Of a stretch of DNA of 64,000 nt, positions 59,380 through 64,000 are shown one piece after another (positions within the stretch are counted from its first letter, which is position 1; each line of letters begins with the position of its first letter). The stretch lies in contig NC_058383.1 in the NCBI RefSeq assembly GCF_018350175.1, positions 20,648,001-20,712,000 of the forward strand, read 5' to 3'. This DNA is from Felis catus. Its lineage: Eukaryota. The notes under the pieces were generated by a model. The model saw only the letters and a program-made list of their open reading frames with translations. It made no database searches and was not told the DNA's origin. The translations under genes were made by a program, and so were the position numbers.

Positions 59380-60050
59380 TATTTATTGTCCCAGATGCCC
59401 TGGGATGGTTCCTATTAAAAGGAATGTTCACAGGATCCTACGTTAGTCCCCCCCCCCACCTTTTTTCTGGGCCTTCACTTTTCCTGAGTCATCCCAGCCA
59501 TTCCCAAGGTTTTAATGAGCACCTATGCACTGATGACCGTCCAAACTACAGGGAGCTTTGACTCTTCTTCTGAGCCCCATACCTATACTTCCAATTTCCC
59601 ACTCGGTATGTTTTCTGTGGGAAATGCCACGGGAGCATCAATGCCAAAATAACCTCTTTCTCCTCCACGATGCTTCAGAACTTCCATCCACCTATCTCCC
59701 TACCTATATTTCAATCCTGTTACTTGGCATTATTGTTTGCCAAGATTCTAAAGCAGACAGCTTGGGTTTTTCACCTCCTTTGCCCTGGCCCCCGCGTTCG
59801 ATTAGTTACCACGTCCTGACAACTCTCCCTGAAAAATCTCTCAAAGACGTGTTCTCTTTTCTTCCACTCATGATTTCCTAGCTGACCTGTTGCCAATAGC
59901 CCCCTGAATATCCTCCCACCTCCGGGTAGTCTCCGTCCCCATCTGCCCTCCCCATTGTAAGCAGCGTCGTGATCTGCCTTCAAAAGACATTTCAGAGCCT
60001 GGGAGAAAATGGCCCAGAAAGTGCAAGCTGTCACGAAACCCTTTCTCGAA
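59380..60050 (+). mobile_element. L2 fragment including decayed RT core
   Basis: SQGFNEHLCTDD at 59502-59537 resembles L2 SHGFxYHLYADD; pyrimidine-rich L2 body follows. Confidence 0.75.
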
Positions 60051-60261
60051 TTCTCTTTAAAACGCCCTCAAACAGTCAATGAGAGGATGGCCTGGTATCT
60101 CCGCTAACAGGATAAAAATCAATGGCATTATGAATCAGGGACCGGTTGATATTAATTGCTGTGTCTTTGGAAACAGATTCCAAAACCTATCTCATGTCAC
60201 CAGCTCGTGGAAAAAAAATCCCAATTACTTTTGTTATTGCCTAAAGAAAGCGAAACGCTGG

Positions 60262-61180
60262 TATTTTTAAACTTTTTCTTTGGCAATCATTTCAAACTTG
60301 CAGAAAAGTCACAAGGATAAAAAGAGTCCAAAGAATAACTATATACACTTCACCCAGATTCACCTTTGGTTAACATTTTGTCTCTTCTCCTTTTTCATTT
60401 GCTGTATGTAAATATTCATTCCTACAGATATGCAGACACACACATCAAAAGCATTTTAGAGCACGTAGTGTATATCATGGCCTTTCACCTTTAAACAGTT
60501 CAGTGTGTATTTCGAAGAATGAGAGATATTTTTCTATAACCACAGTAGAGTTACCCTCTTCACTAAATTTAACACTGATTCAATCCTTTTATCTAATCTA
60601 CTATCTGAATTCCAATATTGTCAATTGACCCAATAAAGTCTTTGATTGCTTTTTTTCTTCCCTGTAGTACAAGACCTAGTCAAGGATCGGAGATTGCATT
60701 TTTTAGTGGCTGTGTCTCTGTCGTCTCCTTGAAGCTGGAACATTTCCACAACTTTTCTTTCTCTTTTATGACACTGACAATTTTTTGAAGAATGCAGTCT
60801 AGTCTCCCCGCTTTTTAATAGAACTTTCCTTATTTGGGGTTGCCTGGTGTTTCTTCACGATCAGATACAAATTAACCACTCTTTGAATGAGTACCACTTA
60901 AGTAATATCCTGTCCTTCTCAGGGTAACACGTCCAGGAAGACATTTTTTTAAAAAAATATGTATTCCTTTTTTGAGAAACAGAGACAGTGTGAGCGGGGG
61001 AAGGGCACCGAGAGGGAGACACGGAATCCTAAGCAGGCTCCAGGCTCTGAGCTGTCAGCACAGAGCCCGACGTGGGGCTTGATGAGGGGTTAGATACTCA
61101 ACCAACTGAGCCACCCAAGCGCCCCCATGCCCTTCCTTTTGATATTATCCATTGAACTCTGTCTGGCTGACCTCTCATGG
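60262..61180 (-). mobile_element. L1MC-like 3' end interrupted by a Can-SINE
   Basis: tttcaaacttgcagaaaag...cccagattcacc...ttcagtgtgtattt...ttatgacactgacaattttttgaagaat. Confidence 0.85.
60943..61125 (-). mobile_element. Can-SINE with internal deletion/replacement
   Basis: Antisense body; segment between B box and head replaced by gatgaggggttaga. Confidence 0.92.
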
Positions 61181-61189
61181 ATGAACCAC

Positions 61190-61725
61190 TGTAGAATCTG
61201 CCTGCCCAACATCCATTCCTTTGGCAAACGGCCTCCCCAGCCCCAATTCCTTACTAATGCCACTCAACCCTCATGGTTTTCATGGGGAAGATCCCATTTC
61301 TGTTATAGAAACATCATCAGGGACCAAGAATGGCCAATCAAGGACTTTCTCTCTTTACCCACAGAAATGCAAAAATGGGCAATATATCCCAAGTTGGACC
61401 AACCACCCTGGACTTTCTCTGGACCTCTCCGGACATATCTCTGTTCTTTGAACTTTGTGACTTATGAGAAGCACATGTGTTTGGACCTGTGGAAGAAGGG
61501 CGTCTTATCACAATGTAGGGCGATCCTTTCTGAGAATGGGGAAAAACACAGCCATGAGTTGACCTATGTGTTTGAAAGAAAAAAGAGAGGAAGAGATGTA
61601 AATGATGTAATGACATCATTTAAGCACCTGATTCCTGCCATGTCTGAAGCCTTATTACCAAGGACTTTTCAGTTGCGCGAACTGGTAAATCACCGAGTTA
61701 CTCAAGCTAAAAGTGGTGACTTTTA
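61190..61725 (+). mobile_element. MaLR MLT1K-like solo LTR
   Basis: tggccaatca...ctgagaatggggaaaaacacag...atgacatcatttaagcacctg...gccatgtctgaagcc...gacttttcagtt. Confidence 0.75.
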
Positions 61726-61836
61726 ACACCTTTTTCACTCTGTGCTGGTTAAGTCCCAGCACGAAAACAGACTGGGTAATAATACGCACGCTTACTTTGC
61801 AACACTTGCACATTTATCTGAAGAATAAATCAACAT

Positions 61837-61963
61837 TTGTTTTAAGTAAGCTTCACGTGCAGTGCAGAACCCAACATGGGCCTTGAACTCACCACCCTGA
61901 GATCGAGACCGGAGCTGAGATCAAGAGTCGGACGTTTAACCGACCGAGTCACCCAGGTGCCCC
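61837..61963 (-). mobile_element. Short old carnivore SINE
   Basis: ttttaagtaagcttcac...gagatcaagagtcggacgtttaaccgaccgagtcacccaggtgcccc. Confidence 0.88.
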
Positions 61964-62070
61964 ATCAACATCTGTCAGATTCTGTGGTCCTATATTACTG
62001 TGTAGACTGTTCAACCTTGCTCACGAGTCGTCCGCTAGAAAATAAGCACATAACTATTTACAATTACATA

Positions 62071-62274
62071 TTTTTTTAAATATTTATTTATTTAAGAGAG
62101 TGAGCATAAGAGGGGAAGGGGTAGAGAGAAAAGGGACAGAGAGAATCCCAAGCAGGGGCTCCGTGCTGTCAGCGCAGAGCCCAACGTGGGGCTCGAACTC
62201 ACAAACCATGAGATCATGACCTGAGCCGAAATCAAGAGCCAGATGCTTAACCAACTGAGCCCTCCAGGCGCCCC
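62071..62274 (-). mobile_element. Can-SINE (older subtype)
   Basis: Full antisense body. Confidence 0.95.
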
Positions 62275-62289
62275 TACGATTATATTTTA

Positions 62290-62790
62290 AATAGAAAGTT
62301 CAATATGAATTCTGAGAACCTGTAGGATGTGTCTAAAGCCGTTCTCAGTGGAAAACTCATAGTTCCAAATGTTAGGAATCTTAAATGAGGCAAACGAAAA
62401 CAGATTCTGCTTACCTCAAGGATCTAGAAAAAAAGCAAGATGAATGCAAAGAAGACAGATGGCGGCCATTTTCAAAGACAAAAGAAGAAATTATTAGGGA
62501 GAAAAAAGAGCTGAAATGATGAATCCAATCCCAACCATAGTTTCTGGTGGGGGGGGGGGACCCAACATCTCTTCACCTAATGCAGAGGAGAGCAAAGTCA
62601 AATTCACAATACTAATGTAGAAGGGAGAAATAGTCTCTCTCAGAGGCAGAAGCAATTACATTCTGCAAGGGAAAAAAGTATGTGCCCAGAAAGCCTCAGA
62701 AAGTGAATTCCATCAGGCCTTCAAGGAACAGAAAAAGCCTTCTGTCATTTAACCTGTGGTAGAGCATTCTTTTAAGGCGTAAGTGTGATA
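62290..62790 (+). mobile_element. Old L1 ORF2 fragment
   Basis: ENL*DVSKAVLSGKLIVPN from 62314 resembles L1 ORF2 QNLWDxAKAVLRGKFIA. Confidence 0.75.
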
Positions 62791-62899
62791 AGTGCTCAGA
62801 GAAAAATCTTCAAAAGCTTCCCAGGCACTTCAATGGAGCATTTTGCCGGTTCTCACAGCTTGGCTGTGGACTCGCCAAACGGACAAGAGAGAAGTTCAT

Positions 62900-63575
62900 C
62901 CCGGGCAGCGGGAACTGGGACGAAAAAGGCTTGGACTTAGGAGGAGATCAATATTCCTCAAACGGCACAAGCCTGGGGAAGAGGTTTTAAAAAGGATTCA
63001 ATTCCAGGAGTGGAACATACTTGGATAACCTGCAGTGATGAAGCTGATTCTAAAAAATACCTGAATATGGCACTAGACGATGGAAGACACGGCCAGGAAA
63101 GTAGTCACACCCTATGACAGCAGTCGCTCAACATCAACTCATTAGGACTCGGAAATACGGTGTGGTTAGCAAAAAGGTCAAGTAATCTCAGGCTACATTG
63201 CGGAAATACGCTCCCTCTGAAAAAAATAACAGTCTCTCTCTCCAGCGCTCTGGTGAGTACACTTTGACGTAGGGCTCAGTTTTAAAGGAATGTTAATTCA
63301 GGGGCGCCTGGGTGGTGCAGTCGGTTGAGCGTCCGACTTCAGCCAGGTCGCGATCTCGCGGTCCGTGAGTTCGAGCCCCGCGTCAGGCTCTGGGCTGATG
63401 GCTCAGAGCCTGGAGCCTGTTTCAGATTCTGTGTCTCCCTCTCTCTCTGCCCCTCCCCCGTTCATGCTCTGTCTCTCTCTGTCCCAAAAATAAATAAAAA
63501 ACATTGAAAAAAAAATGTTTTTAAAGGAATGTTAATTCAGAGACAGCACATATCCAAAGAGAGATTGAATAAGGA
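62900..63575 (+). mobile_element. L3/CR1 3' fragment interrupted by a young Can-SINE
   Basis: caaaaaggtcaagtaatctcaggctacatt...cagcgctctggtgagtacac...ttttaaaggaa resembles the L3 3' region. Confidence 0.6.
63301..63518 (+). mobile_element. Young-subfamily Can-SINE
   Basis: Identical flanks ttttaaaggaatgttaattcag at 63280-63301 and 63519-63540. Confidence 0.97.
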
Positions 63576-63584
63576 GGAACTATT

Positions 63585-64000
63585 TAGTAGAATCTGTTGT
63601 TCTGCCTCGTTTCACTCTTTGGGAACAATTCATCTCCTTAGGGAAACATGCCCCCTACCATCATTCTTAGTCCACGTTAGGCCAGAGCAGCGGCTACATG
63701 ACCCAGGGATGCCCATCCACAGGCTTATCCTCCTGGGAAAAGTGACGGACTGTTTTTGAGGCTCACGATCATCACATCAAGTCGGGACTTGAATTGGAGC
63801 GATTATGAAAGTCTTCACTTCCTGCTCAGGTTGTTGGGTGGAGGGGACATAAGTCTGGGGCAACCAGGGGATGCTGTGTCCATGAAGCCAGTAGTAAAAA
63901 TATCATAGGTAAGAGATGGAGAGAGGTAAGGTTCCTGACAACATTTGATGAGAACGTTGGCCCAATCTTTGTTGAAGTCAGTTATGCGAATCTACAAATG
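63585..64000 (+). mobile_element. MaLR MLT1K/L-like LTR, runs off the window end
   Basis: catgacccagg...gagatggagagagg...gttcctgacaacatttg. Confidence 0.55.

Noticed and set aside
61127..61726. 199-aa plus-strand ORF
   Set aside because: Lies almost wholly within an MLT1K-like LTR; no protein similarity recognised
79..63507. Recurrent ORFs with MAQSVKRPTSAQVMIS / GSSPASGSVLTAQSLEPASDS peptides suggesting a repeated gene family
   Set aside because: They are translations of Can-SINE bodies, a well-known source of false proteins
81..63518. Dispersed near-identical repeats as a CRISPR-like or novel array
   Set aside because: Irregular spacing, both strands, A tails and TSDs identify them as retroposed SINEs in a mammalian genome
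1..64000. Assignment to a specific locus or species
   Set aside because: No exon or recognisable landmark; only felid origin is supported, and a genome alignment is required

Overview
Non-coding mammalian genomic DNA from a cat (Felidae). The evidence is 37 tRNA-derived Can-SINE copies, mostly the felid SINEC_Fc type, including five of a very young subfamily. No protein-coding exon, intact RNA gene or CRISPR array can be supported. The longer ORFs examined fall in SINEs, old repeats or low-complexity tracts, and none has a recognisable domain. The window is a dense mosaic of Can-SINEs, MIR, L2, about 14 ERVL/MaLR LTR relics in both orientations, hAT/TcMar MITEs, short L1 fragments and two CR1/L3 fossils. 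Between these lie several repeat-free, homeodomain/GATA/T-box/RFX-motif-rich islands that look like enhancers, consistent with an intergenic or deep-intronic regulatory landscape. The host locus was not identified. I found no novel biological system. The most noteworthy items are a 0.9-kb CR1 reverse-transcriptase fossil with internal splice-like sites, a young SINE cut in half and fused to L2 (probable recent deletion), a chimeric SINE, a template-switch palindrome inside an LTR, a tandem RFX X-box pair and candidate enhancers. Repeat family names come from remembered consensus sequences, not a database search, and old-repeat boundaries are approximate.
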